In this document: piece after piece, positions 1 through 11,838 of the stretch
Position numbering within the stretch: position 1 is the stretch's first letter
Layout of the letters: each line of letters begins with the position of its first letter
Source: Eledone cirrhosa
Lineage: Eukaryota
DNA length: 64,000 nucleotides
Reading direction: 5' to 3'
NCBI GenBank assembly: GCA_964016885.1
Contig: OZ024756.1
Location: forward strand, 41,540,001 to 41,604,000
Translations under genes and position numbers: made by a program
Notes under the pieces: model-generated
Database searches by the model: none
What the model was told of the DNA's origin: nothing
What the model saw: the letters and a program-made list of their open reading frames with translations, nothing else

Positions 1-1412
1 CTCCCGAAAGTCCGTCGTTAATGAAGTGGGTGATACCCCCTCCCCCTTATGTAGAGGGGTGACTGAGTGCAAGGGAAGAAGGGATGAGAGTACAGTGTGT
101 ATGTATGTGTGTATATATGTGTGTATATATGTGTGTATATATGTGTGTATATATGTGTGGAGGGATGTAGGTATGTATGTGTGTATTTATATATATATAT
201 ATATATACACACTTCGATTTTATAAGTATGTATATGTGTGTATGTATATGTGTGTGTATGCATGTATGTGTATGTATATGTATGCGTGTATGTACGTGTA
301 TGTATATGTATGTGTATGTATGTATATGTATGTGTATGTACGTGTATGTATATGTATGTATGTGTATGTATGTGTATGTATGTGTATGTATATGAAACAG
401 CTATTTGCTTGCCTTCAGAAGTATTTCTGATCTACCTGCCACAGTTGAACAAGGAGGAGAAAGGAAAGAGAAAGAAAGATAGAACGAAGGAAAGAAAGAA
501 CGGGGAGAAGGAAGCAAGCATGAAATAGAGAGAGAAAGAAGGGAGAAGTAAGTAAGCAAGAAAGAGAGAGAGAAAGAAGGGAGAAGGAAGTAAGAAAGAA
601 AGAAAGAGAGAGAGAAAGAAATGGGAGAAGGAAGAGAAAAAGCGAGAGTTATTGGTTTAAGAGGCGAGTAGGGAATTATAGATGTGTTGGTGAATAGTTG
701 TTAAAGAGATGAGAAAGATAGTAGAACGGAGTGAAGTTGGAGAGAAGGACAAACTGATCAGCTGACACCATATCACGTGTGAAAAACCCTTGGCGTCCGG
801 CTAATCTTAGATTATATATATATACATATATATACATATATATATATTCATATACATACACATATACATACACATGTACATACACATATACATATATATA
901 CACATACACACGCAAATATACATTTATATATATATATATATACACACACACATATACATATATACGCACACACACATATATACATATATGTATATACACA
1001 CATATACACGCACACACACATATATACATATATACACACATATATATTTAGAAAAAAAAATATATATATATACATACATAAATATATATACATGCATAAA
1101 TATATATACATGCATATACATACATGGATATATACACACACACTAGTGTATGTACCATTGAACAGACAGTGATATTCATGAGTTATCTAAGTAACTACAC
1201 AACAAGACTCCATTGTGTTCTAAATGAAAGATGAATTAAAAGGTGACGGAAAGCTTATTTCTTCTCTTTAATATATTTACAAACTAAAGACTGCACTTAA
1301 TCGTGTGAAAAACATACACACCTTCCTTCCGGGGGACATGTCTCCCATATTTAGACCCCTTTCTATGTGTGTGTGTGTATTTGTCTGTGCATCTATGTGT
1401 GTTTGTGTGTGC

Positions 1413-1506
<94 letters not shown>

Positions 1507-1717
1507 GTTCTGTCCTACACACAAACATATGACGGTGTAGGAGAGACACAAAATAACAAATTAGTCACTGAGGAGGTCACAGAATGTGTGACGAACGAGC
1601 TTTGACAATAAATTAAGAACCATCCGGTTATTAAACCAACCAACTGGAAATTTGTAATGAAATGAAATGAAAATCATCAGGTGCGTGTGTTTTTATTGGC
1701 AGCATGACCCTCCCAAA

Positions 1718-1756
<39 letters not shown>

Positions 1757-1928
1757 TAGGAACACCACAGTTAGTTCACCATACCGCATAAGGTGAAACA
1801 ATTGTTCTCGGTATGGTGAACTAACTGTTGTGTTACCACTTCTACCAAACTCGTCCCATGGACTGAGTGCTCTACCACTACGGATATTACCTTCCAGTGT
1901 TCTACCACTATATATATATATATATATA

Positions 1929-2119
1929 TAGGAACAAGTAAGACCCCGACGGCTGAGCTCAAGCCGTTTCGACGGCTAATTCAGTCCAGAATTAGCCGTC
2001 GAAACGGCTTGAGCTCAGCCGCCGGGGTCTTACTTGTTCCTATTACCCACTCTACTACCCTAAGTATTGAGTACTTTGGTGCGTTATGGTCCACCTGGTT
2101 CCTTACCACATTTCCTTCG

Positions 2120-2121
<2 letters not shown>
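1929..2121 (+). mobile_element. Palindrome-headed short repeat between (TA)n tracts
   Basis: 54-bp inverted arms 1929-1982 and 1989-2042; 2012-2121 recurs at 51346-51455, also ending in (TA)n. Confidence 0.7.
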
Positions 2122-2160
<39 letters not shown>

Positions 2161-2316
2161 CAGAGGTTATATTTAATTTGTTGGGATTCAACAAGCTTAA
2201 ACATTTTTATAACTGATATACAGCACTCAACATGTTAGGGCACTATCCAGCGAATTTCAACCGGTGAGGTTGTCTTTTTTCCGGGTATGTCAATATTTAT
2301 TTATAAAACAAATCTG

Positions 2317-2382
2317 TATTTTATCTGATGAAAGCGCACCATAATTTACCTTGGTCGCCCTTGAAATATATATAATAAAATA
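2317..2382 (+). ncRNA. Minimal type I hammerhead ribozyme motif (Penelope-like pLTR type)
   Basis: Stem I TATTTTAT(2317-24)/ATAAAATA(2375-82); CTGATGA 2325-31; stem II AAGCGCACC/GGTCGCCCTT; GAAA 2363-66; 1-bp stem III with palindromic ATAT loop; NUH site ATA 2372-74. Confidence 0.7.
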
Positions 2383-2431
2383 ATTATGGTTTTATAAATA
2401 TAGTTTCCATTTATTAATATATTGTATATAT

Positions 2432-2518
2432 AGCCTTTCATCCTTACGGGTCGATAAAATAAAGTACCAGTAATGTACTGGGTAATTGCTGGCCTTGTGC
2501 CAAAAGTAGAAACAATTA
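2432..2518 (+). mobile_element. SINE family A 3' fragment
   Basis: Matches the 3' half of the copy at 8717-8904. Confidence 0.8.
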
Positions 2519-2598
2519 ATATATTGTATATACATATATATAGTGATTTGACCACTGGCTTGGTCACTCACTCCGCTACGTCCCTTGTCTATTAATAT

Positions 2599-2667
<69 letters not shown>

Positions 2668-3006
2668 ATTTGACCACTGGCTTGGTCACTCACTCCGCTA
2701 CGTCCCTTGTCTATTAATATTAGTTCCAGGCAGATTGCTGCCACTATTTTTTATGAAAGTGGGATTTCTGATAGTGGTATGGTGGTGGTACAGTTATCAT
2801 TTCTGGCAGGTCATGTGACCAGGAAGATACTCTCTGGTCAGTGATTAAGGTCGGGAGTTCGACTCCAGGCGGTGCAGTGTGTTTGTGAACAAGACACTTT
2901 ATTTCACATTGATCCAGTCCACTCAACTAGCAAAAAGGATTGGTATCTGTATCTTTGGTTGTTTAACCCCGAGACTTGAGGCTAAACAACAACACCAACA
3001 CCAACA

Positions 3007-3037
<31 letters not shown>

Positions 3038-3603
3038 CAACAACAAAAGCAACAACGACAAGGCCTCGTGAGATAAAAAAAATTCCAATGACCAATTACG
3101 CCAACTAAATTCTTAAACGTAAGGTAATGATTCATGAGAAACTGTATTTCCGCTTTTTTATATATTTATTTATATATTTATCTATCTATATATTTATCTA
3201 TCTATCTATATATATATTTAAATATTTATATACACATCCTTTAGACTCTCTCTCTCTTCTGTAATACACTAAATGCACGAGATGTCCTTCATTCCACCCG
3301 GCCACGATACTAGTTTTATAACGAACAAACGAAGCAAAACTAAAGCCTCTTAAGAGGCGTGAAGGGTGGCTGAATGTAAATAAAACTTTTATGAATAATA
3401 TCTAAGGTATACAATACACGGAGGATAAAGATTTCTTTAATTACGTCTAGTTAAAAGCTAAAAATAAACTGTGAACTAAATATAAACACATTTCTTTAAC
3501 CCTTCCCTCTTTTACGTTTCTTTACAAAATATCGTAAGAACTTTCATCATATTTTTCTATTTTCTTTCTTCGTCCATGTTTTGTTAACATTATGACAAAG
3601 ATT

Positions 3604-3674
3604 TACGGGGTCGATTAAATAAAGTACCAGTAATGCACTGGGTAATTGCTGGCCTTGTGCCTAAAGTAGAAACA
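3604..3674 (+). mobile_element. 5'-truncated SINE family A copy
   Basis: 3' part of family A flanked by the 15-bp TSD ATTATGACAAAGATT (3589-3603, 3675-3689). Confidence 0.85.
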
Positions 3675-3705
3675 ATTATGACAAAGATTGTTTGTTAACC
3701 TTGTG

Positions 3706-4230
3706 ATTTCTAAGATAATCACCGGATTTCTAACCTCCTATGATGTCTAACATATAGATACGTGATGTTAGCTAACCTAATGCTTTCTAAGATAAACACA
3801 GGATTGCTAGGCCCCTATGATTTCTAACATATAGATACGAGATGTTAGCTAACCTAATGCTTTCTAAGATAAACACAGGATTGCTAGGCCCCTATGATTT
3901 CTTACATGTAGATACGAGATGTTAGCTAACCTAATGCTTTCTAAGATAAACACAGGATTGCTAGGCCCCTATGATTTCTTACATGTAGATACGAGATGTT
4001 AGCTAACCTAATGCTTTCTAAGATAAACACAGGATTGCTAGGCTTCTATGATTTCTTACATGTAGATACGAGATGTTAGCTAACCTAATGCTTTCTAAGA
4101 TAAACACAGGATTGCTAGGCCCCTATGATTTCTTACATAGATGTTAGCTAACCTAATGCTTTCTAAGATAAACACATGATTGTTAAGCCCCTATGATTTC
4201 TTACATGTAGATACGAGATGTTTGCTAACT
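3706..4230. repeat. 77-bp minisatellite, about 7 copies
   Basis: TTTCTAAGATAAACACAGGATTGCTAGG... recurs at 3784, 3861, 3938 and onward. Confidence 0.95.
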
Positions 4231-5481
4231 TAAGGCAGACCTGCCAACCTCTAAAAACCCCCAATGCCCCCAAAACGGGGAGAAATGAGGCAACATGGGG
4301 AGATTTTACATAATGAAAGCTATATCCTTTTTCACAAGAGAAGACATCTCTCACCCACCCCAAAGTGGGATTTGTGGAGGAAGTGGTGGTGATAGGTGAG
4401 GTGGGTGTAGGTGGTCGGTGAGGTGGGTGTGGGTGGTCGGTGAGGTAGGTGGGGGCGGTTGGTGAAGGGGGTGCTGAAGGTTAATGTATGAGGTCTGTTT
4501 TAATGGAAAGTCAAATAATTGACATTCCGATGGTATTAGAGTCAGGACACGTGGAGTTTCCATGTCAACATTAACGGGTGGATAGTGACCGGGGGAGGGA
4601 GGGGGAAAGGGAGAGTAGAGGTGATTGATAGAGATGAAAGGGAGAGATAGAGAGGAGTAAAGTGAAAGGGAGAGAGGTGGAGAGAAGGAAGGAGTGATGG
4701 TAGTGGCGGTGGCGATGGCAGTGATGATGATGATGTCGATGGTGGTGGTGATGATGATGGCGGTGATGATGATGATGTCGATGGTGGTGATGATGATGAT
4801 GTCGATGGTGGTGGTCCTCTAATTGATATACTACATGAAACGCTAAACTTAATTATAACACTTCCGGTGATGTTGGCCAGCAGGAACCATGTGCGAGTCC
4901 TTGTTAATATGGTTTTCTCTTCATCTTATGTCACTGATATCCTTGAATTAAAAATATAAAGAATAAACCAAAAATAAAACAATTCTAATGCCGAACTAAC
5001 GAGGAAACCTTTACCGGAGTCGATCAAATTTCCCAGTTCCTCGTCAACCTCAAATAATTGCCCTCAACCCACTCTGCTATCTTCACTCTTACCTTACCAT
5101 ATTTCTAATAAAAGACACTGCTTACCGTTTACAAATAATTTCCAGAGATTTAGTGAAATAACTAACTTTTGTTTTGTTTTGTTGTTGTGTTTCTATTACG
5201 TTTATTATAAAATAATTGAAATGAAAACCAAACATATTTAATATACAAAATCTCTTGCAGTGGCGGTGCCCCAGCATGGCCTCGGACTCTCGACTGGAAC
5301 ACAAATAAATAAATGTTACGGAAAAACTATTGGCATCATATAAAAATAATATAGTAACTTTATTCTTATATAATTTGATATAAGAATAAAAATAATTGAA
5401 CAGTATTTAATAAAAACAAAACACTATTAAAGAGAACAAAAGAGGAAGAAAAGAAAAAGGAAAAGAAAAAAAAAGGCTCAA

Positions 5482-5583
5482 ATAATTGTTTCTACATTTG
5501 GCACAAGGCCAGCAATTATTCCAGTGTATTACTGGTACTTTATTTTATCAACCCCGTAAGGATGAAAGGCAAAGTTAACCTCG
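5482..5583 (-). mobile_element. SINE family A 3' half
   Basis: Reverse complement of the family A 3' half. Confidence 0.8.
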
Positions 5584-6319
5584 ATATAATTAAAATAATG
5601 CACCCCTTCATAGTAACATTGTGTCCTACACTCCAACGACACACATACACACATATACACTCACACCCAAATGCACTGACACACACACCTACACACACAA
5701 ATGCACTGACACACACACCTACACACATAAATGCACTGACACACACAACACAGCACTCGAGCCTACAGTCCTTAGTCTTCTATAGAGTATTATAGGGTCT
5801 TTGTGTCTAATCAAAAGCTACTTTTACTACTATTTACTTGTCATTTGAAAAAGGGAAACTGAGGGCGAGTGGGGAGGTCGAGGGTCGGGGTGAGGAGGTA
5901 TATATTAAAAGAAAGTAGGGGAGAACATATGTTGAGGGTGGAACAATATTTACAGTAAGTCTTCAGGTAGACAAAAGAAGGTCTTATTGGGGCGATGGGG
6001 GCGGAAGAGGAGGGGGTGGGGGTTCTTGAACTGTTGTTAAGAAAGTCATTGTTTTGTACGGGTCCCCTCGGTGTCGTGTAGCGGGGTGGGATGGGTGTGC
6101 GTTGGGGGGGTTCAGGTAAACAATACTTTGTGGTCGACATTCCAAGACATGTGTCAGTACCAGGAGAACTTCTCCCACTCAACACAACCTGTTAACTTAT
6201 TTATTCATACGAATATTTTACTAAAACAAAAGGGGCTGTTTTCGTGGTGAAACAAAGACCCACCTCACCACTACCCCCCCCCCCCCCACACACACACAAC
6301 CAATACCCCCCCCCCCCCC

Positions 6320-7692
6320 CCACACAACCAGTACCTCCACCACCACCATCACCCCCACACAACCACACAACCAGTACCTCCACCACCACCATCACCCCCA
6401 TCCCCACCCCCACACACACAACCAGTACCTCCACCACCACCATCACCCTCACCCCCACCCCCCACACACAACCAGTACCTCCACCACCACCATCACCCTC
6501 ACCCCCACCCCCCACACACAACCAGTACCTCCACCACCACCATCACCCCCACCCCACCCCCACCCCCACAACCAGTACCTCCACCACCACCATCACCCCC
6601 ACCCCCACCCCCACACAACCATCACCACCAGTACCTCCACCACCACCATCACCCTCACACAACCATCACCACCAGTACCTCCACCACCACCATCACCCTC
6701 ACCCCCACCCCACACACACAACCAGTACCTCCACCCCCACCATCACCCCCACCCCCACCCCCACCCCCACCCCCACACACACAACCAGTACCTCCACCAC
6801 CACCATCACCCTCACACAACCATCACCACCAGTACCTCCACCACCACCATCACCCTCACCCCCACCCCACACACACAACCAGTACCTCCACCACCACCAT
6901 CACCCCCACCCCCACCCCCACACACACAACCAGTACCTCCACCACCACCATCACCCTCACACAACCATCACCACCAGTACCTCCACCACCACCATCACCC
7001 TCACACAACCATCACCACCAGTACCTCCACCACCACCATCACCCTCACACAACCATCACCACCAGTACCTCCACCACCACCATCACCCTCACACAACCAT
7101 CACCACCAGTACCTCCACCACCACCATCACCCTCACACAACCATCACCACCAGTACCTCCACCCCCACCATCACCCCCACCCCCACCCTACACACACAAC
7201 CAGTACCTCCACCACCACCATCACCCTCACCCCCACACAACCACACAACCAGTACCTCCACCACCACCATCACCCTCACACAACCATCACCACCAGTACC
7301 TCCACCACCACCATCACCCTCACACAACCATCACCACCAGTACCTCCACCACCACCATCACCCTCACACAACCATCACCACCAGTACCTCCACCACCACC
7401 ATCACCCTCACACAACCATCACCACCAGTACCTCCACCACCACCATCACCCTCACACAACCATCACCACCAGTACCTCCACCACCACCATCACCCTCACA
7501 CAACCATCACCACCAGTACCTCCACCACCACCATCACCCTCACACAACCATCACCACCAGTACCTCCACCACCACCATCACCCTCACACAACCATCACCA
7601 CCAGTACCTCCACCACCACCATCACCCTCACACAACCATCACCACCAGTACCTCCACCACCACCATCACCCTCACACAACCATCACCACCAT
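6320..7692. repeat. C/A-rich minisatellite, 44-bp unit homogenised distally
   Basis: Unit ACCAGTACCTCCACCACCACCATCACCCTCACACAACCATCACC; the translation cycles through three frames. Confidence 0.95.
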
Positions 7693-7821
7693 CTCCTCTC
7701 TCAAGTAATAATGATTTTTACTATAGACACAAGGCGAGCAATTTTGTGGTAGAGGGGAAAGTCGAGTCAATCGACTTCAGTGCATTACTGGTACTTTATT
7801 TTATAGACCGCGTAAGGAGGA

Positions 7822-8373
7822 AGTAGTAGTAGTAGTAGCAGTTATAGTAGTAGTTGTAGTAGTAGCAATAGTAGTAGCAATAGTAGTAGCAGTAATAGTA
7901 GTAGCAGTTGTAGTAGTAGTTGTAGTAGTAGCAATAGTAGTAGCAATAGTAGTAGCAGTAATAGTAGTAGCAGTTGTAGTAGTAGCAATAGTAGTAGTAG
8001 TAGTTGTAGTAGTAGCAATAGTAGTAGCAATAGTAGTAGCAGTAATAGTAGTAGCAGTTGTAGTAGCAGTTGTAGTAGTAGCAATAGTAGTAGCAGTTGT
8101 AGTAGCAGTAATAGTAGTAGCAGTTGTAGTAGTAGCAATAGTAGTAGTAGTAGTTGTAGTAGTAGCAATAGTAGTAGCAATAATAGTAGTAGCAGTTGTA
8201 GTAGTAGCAGTTGTAGTAGTAGCAGTTGTAGTAGTAGCAATAGTAGTAGTAGTAGTTGTAGTAGTAGCAATAGTAGTAGCAGTTGTAGTAGTAGTAGTTG
8301 TAGTGATGATGATTCTTTTATCTGCCGAAGCAAGGAACAAGGATGAATTACATAAAAAAAATTATATATATAT

Positions 8374-8437
<64 letters not shown>

Positions 8438-8483
8438 ATGAGAGAGAGGGAGAGAATGAGAGAGAGGGAGAGAGAGAGAGAAT

Positions 8484-8549
<66 letters not shown>

Positions 8550-8587
8550 GAATGAGAGAGAGAGAGAGGGAGAGAATGAGAGAGAGG

Positions 8588-8669
<82 letters not shown>

Positions 8670-8690
8670 GGGAGAGAGAGAGAGAGAAAC
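7822..8690. repeat. (TAG)n-derived tract followed by a (GA)n tract
   Basis: Direct reading: 7822-8305 and 8378-8688. Confidence 0.95.
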
Positions 8691-8716
8691 AATTATTGGT
8701 ATTATTAGAGAAGTTT

Positions 8717-8904
8717 AGGGCGGTGGATTGGCAGTATCGGTAGAGGGTCGGACGCCATGCTTTGCAGCAAAGAGTTACGGCCCTTTACATTATGTGTTCA
8801 AATCCCGCCGAGGTTAACTTTGCCTTTCATCCTTACGGGGTCGATAAAATAAAGTACCAGTAATGCACTGGTTAATTGCTGGCCTTGTGCCAAAAGTGGA
8901 AACA
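8717..8904 (+). mobile_element. Full-length tRNA-derived SINE, family A
   Basis: A-box-like TGGCAGTATCGG, B-box GTTCAAATCC, body TTTGCCTTTCATCCTTACGGGGTCGATAAAATAAAGTACCAG; 16-bp TSD ATTATTAGAGAAGTTT at 8701-8716 and 8905-8920; more than 10 copies in the window. Confidence 0.88.
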
Positions 8905-9379
8905 ATTATTAGAGAAGTTTCATAGTATTTCTACCTGTGAAGTTCTAACGAGGTCAACTTTGTCTTTGATCCTCGTTAGAGAGGGAGGCAGGTGAGGAAA
9001 CACCTTGATTAATTGCATCCGGCAATTATACACCTGTGTGTGTGTGTATGTGAAACACACACACACAGACACATATATATATATACACACATATATACAA
9101 AAGAAACGTACCAGTCAAGTACTGGGGTCTATTCTTCTACACACTTCCTCTCACTAAATTCAATGTTAGTCGAGTTTATTATATATATGTATATACACAC
9201 ACATACACTACAATATATATATATATACATACACATATATTTATATATATATATACATACATATATTTATATATATACATATATATTTATATATATACAT
9301 ACAGGTACATATATATACACGGGTTAATGTGCTTCCAATTGCACATCCTTTTTCAGATTGCAAATTATATACAATGTAA

Positions 9380-9439
<60 letters not shown>

Positions 9440-10018
9440 GTGTGCGTGTGTGTGTTGCTGACAGTTATACAAATACGTTTACATATGCACCGTAGACACA
9501 CTCTAAACACGTATGTTTATGTATATATGTATGTGAGTATATGTGTGTGTGTGTGTCCAGGCCCCAGCTGTGTGCTATTCGAGCTGTAATCCTCCAGTAC
9601 AGTAAGATATCTTGTAAGGAAGGTCATTAGTTATATAATATGACGTTTTAAGAAATTTAGTCTGTTTTTAGCTTTAGACAGAAAAAGTAAAAATACTGTA
9701 TATATCCGTCAAACACTTCTAGAGAGAGAGAAAGAAAGAGAGAGACTGATAGTGTGTGTAGTATATATATATATTATGGTGTTTATCTGTGATAGTTATG
9801 TTGAGTCGCCACGAGGATAATAAACAGGTTCAAGAAGTTAAAAGCGCCCTACGTCTGTTGTATGTGATGGCGATTAAACTCGACGGAGTTATGTACGAAA
9901 TAGACGGATGTTACGTTACATAATTCTATTTATTACATTCATTCGAAAGAAATCATCAGCTTCCCTGATCAATTGAGTACCTTACTAACTGTGGTTACCG
10001 ACGATTGAGCCTGGGACT

Positions 10019-10050
<32 letters not shown>

Positions 10051-10180
10051 GAAAAGTTTCTACAGGACTAGAACTGTTTCATTCAGGAGAAATCATCATC
10101 TATATTAAATATTTATACTCTGCTATGTATTGAGTACCTTACTTACTGTGGTTACCCCCGATTGAACCCGGGATAAACTT

Positions 10181-10215
<35 letters not shown>

Positions 10216-10296
10216 CACACATATATATATATATATATATTACATTGAGTTCTTCATACGGATTGGACACTACCGTAAACTCTTGGTAGATTTATC

Positions 10297-10367
<71 letters not shown>

Positions 10368-11403
10368 CGATGCAAAACTATGAAAGGGGCCCACTACACT
10401 ATCATTAGAAGTGTGTAGATTTTAATGAAGGGACCAAATCACAACCAATTCCCTACACTTACTCTATTAACATCCATAGAAGAAGCATGACCTCACAAAA
10501 ACCCGCTTTATTTGTCCTCGTTAGGAAACAGATATGTCTAACTGCTCGGTTCTAAATATTTCCAGTTTGGAATGGCGAAGAAAGTGAAAACAACATTACA
10601 GAGGAATCTGTTGGTTCTGGGAGAGAATGGAGTCTTTTATTGGTTTTAGGTTGAAACTGAACTAAGATAAGAAATGTTAAATGGAGGTAAGGGAGGGGGA
10701 GGGGGTGTCAATGAGTGGCGGGAAGAGGAACTGAGAGGAAGAAATGAAGACAATGATGGAAGTGGGTGGTGGATAGAGAAAGAGGGGGAAAGAGAGGGAG
10801 AGGAGACAGAAAGGAAGGAGAGAGAGAGAGAGAGAGAGAGGGGGGAGAGATTGTGGTTATGGGAGAGAGGGAAGGAGATGAGGAGGCTCGATGGCGGAGA
10901 ATAAAGAGTGGAAAGTGGTTAGGAGAGAGAGAGCAGGGAGAGGAGAGTGTGAGAGGAGAGTGGAAGAGGAGAGGAGAGTGGGAGAGAAGAGTGAGAGAGG
11001 AGAGTGAGAGAGAAGAGAGCAGAGAGAGTGAGAGAGAGGAGAGCAGAGAGAGAAAAAGAGATATAGAGAGTGAAAGAAAGAGTAGAGAGAGAGAGAAGAA
11101 GAGAATGAATAGAGAGAGAGAGGTAAGTGTCCGAGTGTTTATTATCACACCCTAGTGGAGTTATAGGTCAGTAATTTTCGACAAAGGAAAATTGTTTTGC
11201 TCTGTACTAAAATATAGGAACACTTGTTGGGTGTAAATGTCTAGAAAACGGTTCTAATTATTTGTACGTACATTGAAGTGCAGTGGGACTCTTTCGGTGT
11301 TCAGAATCCGCATCACGGTTTCCTTTTCCGATTGAGCTTTATCATTTCACTAAAGCTTTACAAAACTTAACCATCTTAAGAGGAAAAACGATAAAGAAAA
11401 GGG

Positions 11404-11473
<70 letters not shown>

Positions 11474-11725
11474 TGAGAGAGAGAGAGGGAGAAAAAAGGT
11501 GAAGTTGGAAATAGCACGGAAAATATATTTAAGGGTGTGTTTTTCATCCTTTCTTTGATTCGTCAAAGTGACATTATTGAAAAGATGACATTATTCAATA
11601 ATGTCACTTTGGCGAATCAAAGAAAGGATAAAAAAAGAAAAACAGACCCTTAAATATAATTTACGTGCTATTTCCAACTTCACCTTTTCTCTATATCCAC
11701 TGTTTTGTATAGAACCTTACTTCCC

Positions 11726-11838
<113 letters not shown>

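Noticed and set aside
26-1146. YI/VC/HT-repeat ORFs here and throughout the window
   Set aside because: Translations of (TA)n, (TG)n and (CA)n microsatellites.
2985-3060. PolyQ exon
   Set aside because: (CAA/CAG)n microsatellite next to a SINE remnant, with no coding context.
6244-7752. 502-aa Pro/His/Thr-rich ORF (extensin-like)
   Set aside because: Translation of a 44-bp minisatellite that cycles through all three frames; no sign of coding constraint.
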